DNA from: Octopus sinensis
Taxonomy: Eukaryota
DNA: 64,000 bases
Assembly: GCF_006345805.1 (NCBI RefSeq)
Contig: NC_043019.1
Coordinates: forward strand, 15,809,360 to 15,873,359
Direction of reading: 5' to 3'
Each line of letters opens with the position of its first letter. The stretch's first letter is position 1. The translations under genes and the position numbers were made by a program. Below are positions 51,023 to 64,000 of the stretch, one piece after another. Under the pieces are notes generated by a model. The model saw nothing but the letters and a program-made list of their open reading frames with translations. It was not told the DNA's origin and searched no databases.

Positions 51023-52124
51023 GAAATGAGGTAATCAGGAGGTCGGATGGTTCATATTTACAGATATTTATTTATATATTACATTTTTTACATATATATA
51101 TCATATCATTCAGATCATTAGCGCTTTCTCCCATTCTAGTGGGGTTTTCAAATCAAAATAATTCCTTTGTGGGGAATTTTAATCATTTTATAGAGTTTCA
51201 TAGTGGTGGGGAGGAACAAGACAGCACAAACACAGAAGTAGTGGTACTGACAATCATGTTGATTTTGATGGTGATGGTTGCCACTGTTGCTACCACAAGT
51301 TTCATGTCTGCTTTTCCATGCTGGCATCAGTTGGATGGGTTTACATGGAGGTGGGGTGGGGTAGCAGCTGGACATCCTTTGCATCACTATCTCTTTTAGT
51401 AGCCTTCATTGAGACAAAAGTACGTGATGGCATGCATATAAATAATATGGCCATGGGAAAATAGCCAGTTAACTAATTCAGCTTGACATTGGTTAATTAG
51501 CTAGCTAACTGAGCCTGAGAAGAGCTAATTAAATAGTTATCGTTATCTTTCTCCATTACGTATTGAAGTCATTGGCCTGTGGCCATGCTGGGGCACTATT
51601 TTGAAGGGTTTTAATAAAACAAGTTGACTCCATTGCTTATTCTACTGGTCCCTTTTGCCAAACTGCTAAGTTATAGGGACTCAAACAAGCTAACACCAGT
51701 TCTTAAGTGATGATTATAGTAGTGGTGGACAACCACACAAATGCATGCACACACGGGCTTCTACACAGTTTCTGTCTAACAAATTCACTCACAAGGCATT
51801 GGAATTGAACCTGAAACCACGTAGTTGCGAAGAAAGCCACTTAACCACACAGCCATGTTAAATCCTTAGCTAACTAAACTTTCTAATAATAATAATGAGG
51901 ATGCAATCTGGAATCCATGGATACTTGTGATGGTTTATGTTGGCAAGAATTAGCCAGCACCTTGCGATAAGATCATTTCCTGTGAGGAATGGCAAGCAGA
52001 CACTAATGTTTCAGATCTTTGCCTTTTAGTCCGAGAGTAAAGAAAGGAAAGATATATAAAAGACAGTATTATCACATGGTCTGGAGAAGGAAAAGAAAAA
52101 GTGACACTACCACCACTTCTATCT

Positions 52125-52154
52125 ATGTGTGTGTGTGTGTATATATACATACAC

Positions 52155-52186
<32 letters not shown>

Positions 52187-52275
52187 GTGTATATATACAT
52201 ATGTATATATGTGTGTGTGTGTATGTGTGTATATATATATATATTTTATTTTTATATATATATATATATATATAT

Positions 52276-52329
<54 letters not shown>

Positions 52330-52334
52330 ATTTT

Positions 52335-52365
<31 letters not shown>
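52125..52365. repeat. Compound (TA)n/(TG)n microsatellite with repeated TTTTAT interruptions
   Basis: Visible directly. Confidence 0.96.
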
Positions 52366-53943
52366 ATCTTCCTCAGCCTTTGAACAATCCGACAAACAAT
52401 GGCCAGGTAGTATATTATACATAGCTAGCTGAACTCCACAATAACTAGATTGATAGGAAACTAGCTGAAGTTAACAATAGCTAATTAGCTAGCGAGCTCA
52501 AGCTAACTTATTGTCTTAAATCCTCATTGAATGCTAAAACCAGATTATGCGAGAGGCAAGCAAGGGTTTTAAACTTGAAAAGGAACCGGGCTTCCTAATT
52601 AAACCACAGCTGCACACAACAGGCAGACATAGCTTTATTAACTAACAACGCTTTTATGTGACACCTGCTACAAACATCGTTTTCTCCTTCAAAGCCTTGC
52701 AAAACATTTCGGTTTCTTTGCTGCCGTTTCTTTGTTCTGCTCTGATCATTGAAGCTTACACTTGCACACACACACACACACACACCACACACAGAAAAAC
52801 CTACTCATCGGACCGCCAAACTACCAACAGTCATACACCAGTGATTAAAACTTACCTTTTCTTCTGCAACAAACAAACTGAATGTTTTGTTTTATTTTTT
52901 TAACTTCTTTTTTTCTTTTACTTAATGTTATTATTTGGAAGGTGTACCTCCCCACACTTTCCCCATCCAATATGTATATATATTTTTGGACTTGTGTGTT
53001 CTTCCATAACCATGTCAATCAGCGAAACCCCTTTGAAGTTGTCTTTTCTTTCTCTCTTTCTAATGTGTCACGTACACACCTCTGCATTACTTTGAGAGTC
53101 AAAAACAGAATGTATCATTTGTATGTAAAAGTAACAAAAGTTAATTTGTGAGTGTGTGTGATTTTATAGACACAGGCATGGCGATGGGGTTACGAAGTTT
53201 GCTTAACAACTCAGGTTCATTCCAACTGCATAACAGTGAGCAGGTGTCTTTTACCATTGCCCTGGGCTAACCAATGCCTTGCAAAGGGAATTCATAGATG
53301 GGTACTGTATGAAATGGTGTGTGTGTGTGCACATACACAATTATACCGTATTTGATGGCATAAAAATGCATCAAAAAAGTTTTTAGTGCGTTAAAGTTTA
53401 TGGTAGGCCTATGACGTGTCGGATGGGTTTCCAGTTGCATACAATCAACTTAGGTCTTAGATAAGGCCCAAAATCTGAATCTATGCACATCATTTGATAT
53501 ATCTTTAGGCCTTTCTCTTCCACAGGTGCCCTCCACCAATGACATACCAATGTCCATACACAACAAGCACATGTTTCACTACTGTGTATCACCACATCCC
53601 CTACTTTATACTTCATACATCACTTGAGAGATCTACCTGTAATAACTGGCCACTCAACTTACCTGTGTTGCACTTTTCATCTGAGTTAACAATAATACAT
53701 TCCAACATTCCTCTCCAAACTCACTCCACTAATCTGCCACATTCAAACATCATAGGGCTAACTAACTACCCTATGGCCTTATACTCCATACACACACTCC
53801 ACTCCATGTAATGTTTTGGAAGGAAAGAAGACAAAACCCAAAAGCTGAGAAGAAGAAAGAGAGGCAGGCAGACGGAGAGACAAACACCAGCCTCCTAAAC
53901 TGGCCAACAAAGCAGCGAAGACATTAAAGTACAGGCAACCTAC

Positions 53944-54088
53944 CTGAGGTCATTTGGAAGTTGTGCTTTATCCTTTTCCCAGACATAAACAGCATGTGGC
54001 ACTGCCTTAATGTTGCACTGGAAACTAGCAACGCCACCTACATATGCTACTTGAGATTCAGGTTCTTGGATATATGATGTTTGAATAC
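53944..54088 (-). CDS. PRTG: Protogenin-like receptor, exon encoding first half of Ig2 (most 5' exon found in the window)
   Basis: Acceptor ttctctctgttttAG, donor AG|GTAGGT. Encodes IQTSYIQEPESQVAYVGGVASFQCNIKAVPHAVYVWEKDKAQLPNDL(R), an I-set Ig B-strand Cys and C-strand Trp. Phase 1 in, phase 2 out, matching the next exon. Symbol is a family-level call. Confidence 0.93.
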
Positions 54089-56791
54089 CTAAAACAGAGA
54101 GAACAAACACACAAATAAAATATTGTTTACAGTCAATACATAATAATAATAATAATAATAAATAGGTTTCAAATTTTGGTGCAAGGTCATCAACTTTAGG
54201 GGAGAAGTTAAGTTGATTACATCAACTCCAAGTGCTCAACTGGTACTTGTTTTATCAACCACAAAAAAAAAAAAAAAAGAAAAAAAAAAATGAAAAGCAA
54301 AGTTGACCTCCACAGAATGTGAATTCATAGCGTAAACACCCAAAAGAAATGCCACTAAGCATTTTATCCATTTTAGTAATGACTCTGCCAGCTGGCCACC
54401 TTTAGATAACAATAACAATCACCCCTACCAACATAACTCGATATTTCCATCACCACAACCCTAACCCATCCACCTCGCCTTCTTAAAACATACCCCATCA
54501 TCACAAACTTGACATATGTTAGTTTGTTCTACCTGGGTTAATTTTTCTTCACAGAGTAAAATAAAAGATTCTCTTTTTTCACCCCTGTTAGAATACTGAA
54601 GAATGCTGACCAGTGAGTTGGTCCCAAACTGAGGTGCAGTCTACCTAGCTGCTTGTAGGTACCACTGTCCCTTGAGTAAACTGTAGCTCATCAGCTAGAA
54701 ACTCTCAATCACATCCACATACTGAAACTGAACAAAAAACTGAATTTCTTTTTTTGGTGTCCATTATGAGACAAAGAATGGTTCCACCCATGATCATTTT
54801 ATCAATATCTCTGAGTAGGTAGATGACCAAACATCTAGCCTGAAATCTTACATCAGGGCGAACTCTGCTGAAGACACCTAAGGACCAAGTGCTGGTCCTT
54901 GGATTTCTTCATTCAAATGGGCAGCAGTGGATTTAGTCGATCACATAAAAGCAGAAAGGGTTCCTCTGTTAGGTTTCCATGCAGTTTCTGTCAACTGAAT
55001 TTCACCCTACAAGATTTCAGTCAACCTATGGCTATTGTAAAAGACACTTAAGGCACTGCAGTGGGACTGAATCTAAAACGTGTAACTCCAAAGCAAACTT
55101 ACTAACTTCACAACCACACCTGCAGTCACATCTATTATTCCCATTATCTCCTAACTACAAATGCTGTAAAAGCAATGGACAAAGCCCCTCTCCTCTGCAC
55201 TAAAATTCAATCTGTATTTTTGAGGTCAAGGTTTTGCTGTGAGGTTGAGAAAGTTACTTCCCAACAATGTAGTCTTTGGTTCAGTCCCACTCTATGGCAC
55301 CTTTGGATAAGTGCCTTTTATTATAGCCCTGAGCCAACCAAAACCTTGTGGATGTATATAGTAGGCAGAAACTGAAAGAAGCTCATTGTGTGTTTTGTCA
55401 GAGTTAGAAAGAGCATCCAACCATAGAAACCATGCAAAACTGATAAATGGAGCTCTCTGGCTGGCCAGCTCCCAAACTGTCCAATCCATGCCAGCAAGGA
55501 AAACAGATGTAAATCCTTAAACATTTAGATTTCTTTGTCAAATATAATGATAATTTAGTCCCATTGTTTTGAACTAATCATGCATTATATTGTAGCTTTG
55601 AGATTTCGATGATGTGATTGTATATTTTTAGAATGACATTGTAGGGTAGGTGTGAGATGTTGGATTGGTCAGTATGAACACTAAACAGGTAGAAAACTTG
55701 GGCTGATATGATCGGTTTAAATGCTAAAGGGTTGAATGATGATGGTGTGTGTGTGTGTGTGTGTGTTTTGGAGTGCTGTACACCATTGTCTAGATATTAT
55801 GTGATGGTTGTGAGAGTCAGCATCACACAAAGTGATGTTGTTTGTTCCAGTCTTCCATGAAAATTTGTCAGGCCATAGAGAAACATCTTACTTGTAAACA
55901 GGCGAAGGTTAGCAAAAGAAAATGCACCCAACTGAAAAAAACCTGCCTTAACAAATTCTGCCTGACCCTTGCAAGCATGAAAAAAATTATGGAGCCAGCT
56001 CTTTGTTGTTCTTCAGATGAGAGACCAAGCTGTCCATGGTTAGGATGCTGGTCTTTCACAAGCAGCTTTCTCTCAGGAGCAGTATGGAATATGGTACTTC
56101 CAATCAACAAATTAGACATTAGGCTCTCAGCCATTCAATGCTTCCAGTAGTTTGTTGTAAATTCTACTTAATGGTAACTTATTAGTTCTTCGTTTAATGC
56201 TGTGTTGATATGCACCATACTAGATATAGGTGCAGAATAGCAACAACAATAACTGCTCTATTCAATTCCTCTTGAATACCTTAGTTCAGACCACCACAAA
56301 TCCTACAAGCGAGCAAACAATGGTACCCCCATGTAGTCATCTAACCTGCTAGAAACAGCAGCTAAACATCCATTAAATCACACATTTTACTGTCTTCAAG
56401 GTTGTTATGGTAGGAACATCTTTGATCATAAGGTCTGCACTGTGAATTAAGACTCAGGGCTAAAAAAACTTACAGTTGGTGGATTGTACATTATTGTGAT
56501 ACCTACATACAGCAATAGAGTGTATCTCACTGTGGTACTGGCATATAGCAGTGAAGTGTACCTCAGTGTGGTATCTGCTTGCAGCTAGGTAAACTGTACT
56601 TCAATCTGGTAACCAGTTATAGCAAGGTAGATTTACTTACAGATCTACTTACAACAAGGCATGAATCTTATTGTAGCTCTTCAGTTAATAAATAATGTAA
56701 CTGTTTTTCTCATCCTTATAAAACCAAACTCAGTAAATATGAGGTATTTGTAACATATTAACTACACCTTACAAGATATATAACATACCCT

Positions 56792-57003
56792 GGCAACGAT
56801 CTGGCAGAAACGTTAGCACGCAGGGCGAAATGCGTAGCCGTATTTCATCTGCCGTTACATTCTGAGTTCAAATTCTGCCGAGGTCGACGTTGTCTTTCAT
56901 CCTTTCGGGATTGATAAATTAAGTACCAGTTACGCACTGGAGTCAATGTAATCGACTTAATCCTTTTGTCCTTGTTTAGCCCCTTGTGGGTAGTAAAGAA
57001 ATA
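56792..57003 (+). mobile_element. tRNA-derived SINE family B (representative)
   Basis: ctggcagaaacgttagcacg head, B-box-like gagttcaaattc, tail tttagccccttgtgggtagtaaagaaata. Other copies at ~9.1, 21.9, 27.8, 28.6, 31.7, 33.6, 54.2, 61.4 and 62.0 kb. Confidence 0.85.
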
Positions 57004-57273
57004 GATATATAACATACGAGATATATATATACTATATAATAAAGGTATTCGAAAATGAAGACAAAACCAAACATGAATTGTACAAGCAAGACACGATCCT
57101 CCACCTTGTCTAGGAGGATGATAAAATCAAGTAAGAACTGGCTTGGATTGGTGATAATCTGTCCAACCCAGGCTAGCATGGAAAGCAGAAATATAATAAT
57201 GCATGAATACATATAGAGGATTGATAGCACACATTAAAAAATTATTCTTGCATCAATAAATCTATCTTTGCAT

Positions 57274-57304
<31 letters not shown>

Positions 57305-58266
57305 ATCATAGTAAAGATCATGATTAAAATTATATTTCATCATCACCATTATCATCAATGTTAAATGATTGTATATATGTGTGAATGTAAATATTTTGTG
57401 TGTGTGTGTAATATTTATGTATCTATGTGCAAGCATCAGTGTGTTGTATATAATCGTTACTGCGATTGTATCTCAGTGCATATTAATACATACACACATA
57501 TATTCACATATACAATTGTAGTGCATATACCACTACAATGATGACAAACACACACATGCGAAAAGAAAAACCCCATATTTGCATTCATAAATATACATGT
57601 ACTCAGACACAACCATAGTCAAAATTATACTCAACACATACAAATACAAAGACCACACACATACACACAAAGAAGACACTTGTGTAGCACATTGCGAAAG
57701 TAAATCCAATTGAGTGCTGGATTAAGATTGCATAGAAAGGAATGAGTGAGTGAGAGAGAGAGAGATACTCTCTTAGTTCCAACCAAACTCACCTCTCCTC
57801 CTACTGTATGTATGTATGAGAGAGAGAGAGAGAGAGACTGTCAATAACAAATCAGTGGCTTCTCAACCCACAACCCTCTATCTATCTAGCCATTTATGTA
57901 TGTGTATCAATCTATCTCACCATCTTGCTATCTATCTGCCTACCTACCTACCTACTTACATTCCTACCTATCCTATCTTATAGATTCCCTCAGGTAACAC
58001 AACAAACATGTAATTAGTTCAATTAATGAGTATGTTACTGATTAAGAACAGAAACCAAACTGTTGTAAATAGGTTGCAGCTATCCTAGTTTATAACACCA
58101 ACACACACACACAAAAAGTGATGTATAATTGTGTGTGTGTTTGTAAGATAAAATGTTGCTAGGAAAGACATCTATCCATCCACCTGTATCTATCTATCTA
58201 TATGTATGTATGTATGTATGTATGTGTGTGTATGTATATATATATATAATATATATATATATATTA

Positions 58267-58521
58267 TCATCATCATCGTTTAACGTCTGCTTTCCATGCT
58301 AGCATGGGTTGGACGGTTCAACTGGGGTCTGGGAAGCCAGAAGGCTGCACCAGGCTCCAGTCTGATCTGGCAGTGTTTCTACAGCTGGATGCCCTTCCTA
58401 ACGCCAACCACTCCGTGAGTGTAGTGGGTGCTTTTTACGTGCCACCGACACGGAGGCCAGGCGAGGCTGGCAAACAGCCACGATCGGATGGTGCTTTTTA
58501 CATGCCACCGGCACGGAGACC
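58267..58521 (-). mobile_element. Family C copy
   Basis: Same sequence as 1897-2240; explains the duplicated ORF text KPEGCTRLQS...LDALPNANHSVSVVGAFY. Confidence 0.82.
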
Positions 58522-59300
58522 ATATATATATATATATATATATATATGCATGTGAACATACACACATACGTAAGTGAATTTGTTAGTGGCAATATGTATA
58601 ACTGTATGCATGTGTGTGTTTTATAATACAGCACACACATATCACTGTTTTCATTTTATGTCCACTCTTGATGCTGGCAGAGGTTGAGGTCTTCATTGTT
58701 CAGGTGAGTTCCTTGTATGTGAAAGTGGTGGTGGTGGTGGTGGGGAGTTACATAGAAGTTGTGGATAAGGAGAGATAGAAAAGAAACATGACCAAAAGGG
58801 TGACAGAAAAAAAAACTATATAAAATGTTGAGAGAAAAAGAGTAATAGAAGAGATCTAGAGTAATCATAGGAGCTTGGAAGTTGTTGATAAAGTGAAACA
58901 GCCATGAGGGTTGTTCAGTGTTTGTAAGGAGATGGAGTATTTATTTATTTTAAATTAAATCATTCTGGAGGACGAGTACCCAAAGCTCTTTTTTCAGTGT
59001 GTATTGAGCAGGTATCTTCTTTTATAGCCTTGGGCCAACCACAGCTTTGTGAGTGAATTTGGTAGACAAAAACTGAAAGAAGTGAGTTGTATATCTATGT
59101 GCATGTGTGTACCCTCGTCTAGGCATAACAAGATGGTTGTAAATGAGCACCAGTGTTCAATAAGCAAGGTTGATTGTTTCCAATGAAAACATGTCTAGTC
59201 ACAAGAAGGGCATCCAGCCACAGAAAATCAGTCTCATTTGAACTATGCAAGCATGTAAAAGTGGATCTAGTGGGCAGGGAATTCAGCTTACAATCCTTAA

Positions 59301-59522
59301 CCCTTTCATTACCAACCCGGCTGAAACCGGCTCTGGATCTGTAGTACAAAATGTCTTGTTTTCATAAGTTTTGAATTGAAATCTTCCACCAAACCTTAGT
59401 CACAATTTATGTTCCTAACACTAGCTGAATGATAACTAAGTTATTTTACTAAATTCTCTGTTATATTTAAAGTAATTGAAAGAAACACAGAGCATCTCAA
59501 AATAAATACAGTAACGAAAGGG
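59301..59522 (+). mobile_element. piggyBac-type MITE, intact ends
   Basis: TTAA|CCCTTTCATTAC ... GTAACGAAAGGG|TTAA; 222 bp. Confidence 0.88.
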
Positions 59523-59773
59523 TTAAAGGTGTTGTGTCCTTAAGATACTTTATTTCAAGTTGTTCCAGTTTCCTCAGCTAACAAAAGTTGTACCTGTAAT
59601 TCTAAGGAACAGCCTTGTCACACTATGTATCATGCTGAATCTCCCAGAGAACTACATTAAGGGCATGCATCTAAGGAGTGCTCAGCCACTTACATGTTAA
59701 TTTCACATGCAGGCTGGTTCATTGGCTCAATCAACCTGGAACATTCATCCTTGTATCCGACAGAGTGCCAGTT

Positions 59774-59828
<55 letters not shown>

Positions 59829-60007
59829 CATACATACACACAAGGGATAATTTTAACTGTTATAGGTATTTTAATATGCTGCCATTTTTTCTTGATGAAA
59901 TTTTTCTCTGTAGAAAGACTTCATCCTATATTAGTAGTATATATATATATTTCCATTCTCCGTCCAACCCGTACTAGCGCGGAAAACGGACGTTAAATGA
60001 TGATGAT

Positions 60008-60049
<42 letters not shown>

Positions 60050-63000
60050 TGTATATATACATACATATACATGTATACATATATATGATAATCTCCTACA
60101 CACTCTCCATCTACAAAATAATTCATTCACAAGGCTGGTCAACATAAGAAAAAGAAAAAAAAAACCCCTGCCAGCAAAGCGCTGTGCAATGACTTTGAAC
60201 CTGAGACCAAATGGTTGCAAAGTAAACTTCTTAAGCATGCAGCCAAGCCTACAACGCAGAGAGAGAGAGAGTGGGGAGCGGGGAGAGAAGATTTAGTACA
60301 TTGATCTATAAAACATGGTCAGGAGCAACAAGCATGGTGTAAGTTATATAAGAGTGCAGTTTTATTTATGTTTTGTGTGTGTGCATTTGTATGCACATGC
60401 ATGTGTGTATATATATAGATATAGATATAGATAGATATATATTGTGCATGTGTGTGTTTTACAGTAGGAAGTGCAAAAAGTATGATTCTTTTTTTTTCTC
60501 TCTCTTTTTATGAATGTAAAATTAGAAAGGTGGGAGAGGGGGGAAATAGACAGGAAGTGTGTGAAGAGGAGAGGGGAAAGTGAGTTGTGAGAGAGATTAA
60601 CGGAGGGAGGGGGGTTGGCTTTAGTTTGTGTGTAAGAATGAAAGAGAGTATAGTATAGGGAGGAAGGAGGGGTGTGATTGCATTGTTAACAACAGCTGCT
60701 GTTGATAGGAGGAGGGGAAGGAGAAAGAGAAAGAAAGAAAGAAAGAAAGAGAGCATCAAGCAAACAGAATGAAAAAAAGAGAAAAGGAAGAAGTAGAGTC
60801 TATAATGGCTGGTTGTTTGAGTTTAGAAAACTACCTGTTCACTTTAAAAGTGACACATATGAGAGATAGATAGAGCAGCCATGATATAAGCAGATGATTT
60901 TTTTTTTTAATCCAAAAAAAAAAAAAACAAACAAAAAAAAACTACATAAAAAACTGAAACCAACACTGACTGGATGTAAAATAGTAAAAGTTGATAGTGA
61001 CTTACACTGAGTATGTTTACAGGAAGTGACCTGAGTGTGTGTGTGTGTGTGTTTTACTAGTTACATCGTAGCTTACATGGCTCGTATTATTTTGATAATT
61101 CATGTTGACCACCAATTTATTGTACATAAATTTGGAATGATATCGACAGTAGGAGGACACTGTGTGTGTAAAATGTGTGGTGTTGGTGCTAGAGGCCTGC
61201 TATCTATATTTCATGCATCTTAGATGTGTGAAATATGGTAGTGAAACTTCAACTGTGAAAGCAAATGAGGACTAGATACAGGTGGTGGGTGTATATAAGA
61301 TGTATGATAGGTGTATGACAGAACTTACATGATGTATGTAATAAAGATGTGTGAGGGTGTAGAACAGAGAGACTATATAACTAATAGATAAGATATGTAG
61401 TGTGTCCTGATACTGTAGAGTATTATATATGCTTTTCTACTCTAGGCACAAGGCCCGAAATTTTTGGAGAGGAGGCCAGTCAATTAGATCGACCCCAGTA
61501 TGCAACTAGTACTTAATTTATCGACTCCAAAAGGATGAAAAGCAAAGTTGCTTGGCGGGATTTGAACTCAGAATGTAAAGATAGACGAAATACCACTAAG
61601 CATTTCGCCCGACATGCTAACGTTTCTTCTAGCTCGCTGCCTTACAGAATATTATATATGGTGTGCATAATGTTTTATGGTGTGTGGTGGTCTATATAGA
61701 GGACTACATGTGGTGTGTGCCAGTATGTAAAAGTGAAACATGAACAGGCATTGCTGTGCTAAGTAAGAAGCTTGCTTCCCAACCACATGGTTCCGTGTTC
61801 AGTCCTATTGTACGGTAGCTTATGCAAGTATTTTCCACTATAGCTTCAGGCTGATCCAAAGCTTTGTGAATGGATCTGGAAGATGGAAACTGAAAGAAAC
61901 CCATCATGTGTGCGTGTGTGTCCTCCACTACCACTTGACAACCGGTGTTTGTGTTTGCGTCTCTGTAATTTAGCGGTTTGGCAAAAGAGACTGATAGAAT
62001 AAGTACCAGGCTTAAGAAGAAATAATAATAATAATCCTTTCTATTATAGGCACAAAGTTTGAAATTTGGGGGTAGAGAGCAAGTCGATTACATCGACCCC
62101 AGTGCGTAACTGAAGGGATGAAAGGCAAAGGCAACTTCAGGGGAAATTGAAATCAGAACGCAAGGTTGGACAAAATGCCACTAAGCATTTTGCCCAGCAT
62201 GCTAACTATTTCTGCCAGCTCACCACCTTAATAATAATAAACAAAAAAAGAACACTGGGGGTCAAATTCATTCAACTAAAAATTCAAGGCGATGCTCCAG
62301 CATGGGTGCAGACAAACAAATTAAAGATTAAAGATAAAATGAATGTATAACATTCACTACCTGCATTGCAATCACTTTCTGTATACACTCCCTATATCAT
62401 TCTACATTTTACTTAACCCTTTTGATACCAACCCTGCCTGAGGCTGCCCCTGGTCCTTTGATACAAATTCCATGTCTTAAAATGATCTAAATTAAAATCA
62501 ATCAAAACTTCCATGTTAACTTCCAAAAAACAGCTAAATAATAACAGAAAGTGATTTTATTAAATTCTTCACTATTTTGAAAATTACCATATTTTAATAT
62601 GTCTAAAGAACCCTCCTAATTTTCTGGGTTTAAAATTTGGAAGAAAGGTTTTGTAAGGTGTTATAATACTATCCATGTATAAGAAACTCCCATATTCTTT
62701 TAATCTAATTTTTGATACAAAAAAAAAAGAAAGGGTTCCTTTTATACACAATAAAATATGGTAATTGAAATTAAGGCTGTGTGTTTCAACAGAAAATATA
62801 GTAACAATATGTTTTAAATACATTACATAAAAAGACCAACGTCATGTTTCTGATCAGCCTATATCTATAAAACTAAAACGCCTTTCACTTCATTCTCTTA
62901 CTGGACTGTGGCCAGGCTGGGGCATCACCATGAAGCATTTTAGTTGAATAAATCGAACCCACAATATTTTTAAAGTCAGACATTTATTCTATATTTATTC

Positions 63001-64000
63001 TCTTTTGCCAAACTGATTAAGTTATGAGGATGTAAACAAACCAACAGCTATCATGCACTGGAGGGTACCTAACACTGATACACACACACATTTGACAAGC
63101 TTCAACACAGTTTTTGTCAAACCAAATTCACAAGGCATTGGTTGACCTGGAGCAATAGCAAAATACACTTGCCCAAGGTTCCATGCAATGAGACTGAATT
63201 AACTGGTTACAAAGTAAGCTTCTTAACCAAAGCCATGCCTGCATTTGTAAAAACAAAACAAAAAATTCTGAGAGAGAGAGAGGGGGGGGGCATTCCAGAT
63301 CCACTTAAGTTGAGTTAGAGGAAAACCGCTTGTAGCTAGAAATAGCAGCCAAATCTTTTCACACACTACCACAAGGAAGGGCATATTATGTAATCTGTTA
63401 TGTACATGCATGGGATAGTCAATGCCAGAATGTTATTTCATTATAAGAGTCTGCTTGACCAGGGATAAACAAGCTGGAGCCAACAACAACAACCATCCTT
63501 ATCACTGAGAAATACCATCATCATCATCATCATTAAACGTCTGTTTTCCATGCTGGCATGGGTTGGGCAGTTGGATAGGAGCTTGCTAGCCAGAGACCTG
63601 TACCAGGCTCCAACTGTCTGTTTTGGAATGGTTTTAAAGATGGATGCCCTTCCTAATGCCAACCCCTTTACAGAGTGTACCTGATGCTTTTTTACATGGC
63701 ACCAACATGGGTGTGTTTTAGGTGGCACCAACACAGATGTTTCTTATGTGGCACCAGCATGGGTGCTGTTTACATGGCAGAAGGAATTTGGAGAAGATTT
63801 TCTATAGCTGGATGCCCTACCTGTCGACAACCCTAACTGGTTTCCAAGCAAGATAATATTTTTCCATGGTCACGGAAAACTGGAAATGAACAACATCACT
63901 TGTATGATGATTGTACTCATTTACAAACACCATGTGATGTCTAGGTAAGGGTGCACACACACAAACGCATGCATACACAAGCACATGCGTGACAGGTTTC

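Noticed and set aside
55868-56134. 88 aa minus-strand ORF considered as the missing Ig1 exon
   Set aside because: No Ig Cys/Trp pattern in any frame; Ig1 probably lies beyond 64000.
56792-56880. tRNA-like A/B boxes
   Set aside because: They are SINE heads continuing into SINE body and tail; no complete cloverleaf. No true tRNA gene found.
1-64000. CRISPR arrays, rRNA, bacterial operons
   Set aside because: Eukaryotic intron/exon DNA; no regularly spaced repeat-spacer units and no rRNA signatures seen.

Overview
AT-rich, microsatellite- and SINE-dense animal genomic DNA. The repeat families point to a cephalopod, most likely Octopus (inference). The window is the internal part of one minus-strand gene. 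I reconstructed 13 GT-AG exons by hand (53944-54088 down to 11361-11488; 2034 nt, all intron phases compatible, no stops). They encode three Ig domains (Ig2-Ig4) and four FN3 domains of a protogenin/IGDCC-like (DCC/neogenin superfamily) cell-surface receptor. The signal peptide and Ig1 lie beyond the right edge; FN3-5, the TM helix and the cytoplasmic tail were not found and probably lie beyond the left edge. Almost all ORFs in the supplied track are artefacts of microsatellites or repeats. The introns hold tRNA-derived SINEs, RTE-type LINE remnants, piggyBac- and mariner-type MITEs, and Helitron/Helentron-type elements. The most interesting non-coding signals are: (1) a ~600 bp foldback at 20.2-20.8 kb made of two inverted Penelope-type repeats, each carrying a type I hammerhead ribozyme, so that on either strand one ribozyme is transcribed together with its own antisense copy; (2) a third, solitary hammerhead-like motif at 8.05-8.10 kb on the sense strand; (3) a CpG-rich, promoter-like island at 39.9-42.5 kb inside a 15 kb intron, containing a candidate TATA-driven, T4-terminated, ~170 nt structured RNA that I cannot assign to a known family, plus a second structured segment. 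No rRNA, bona fide tRNA or CRISPR array was seen. All RNA folds and alignments were done by eye and need computational and experimental confirmation.
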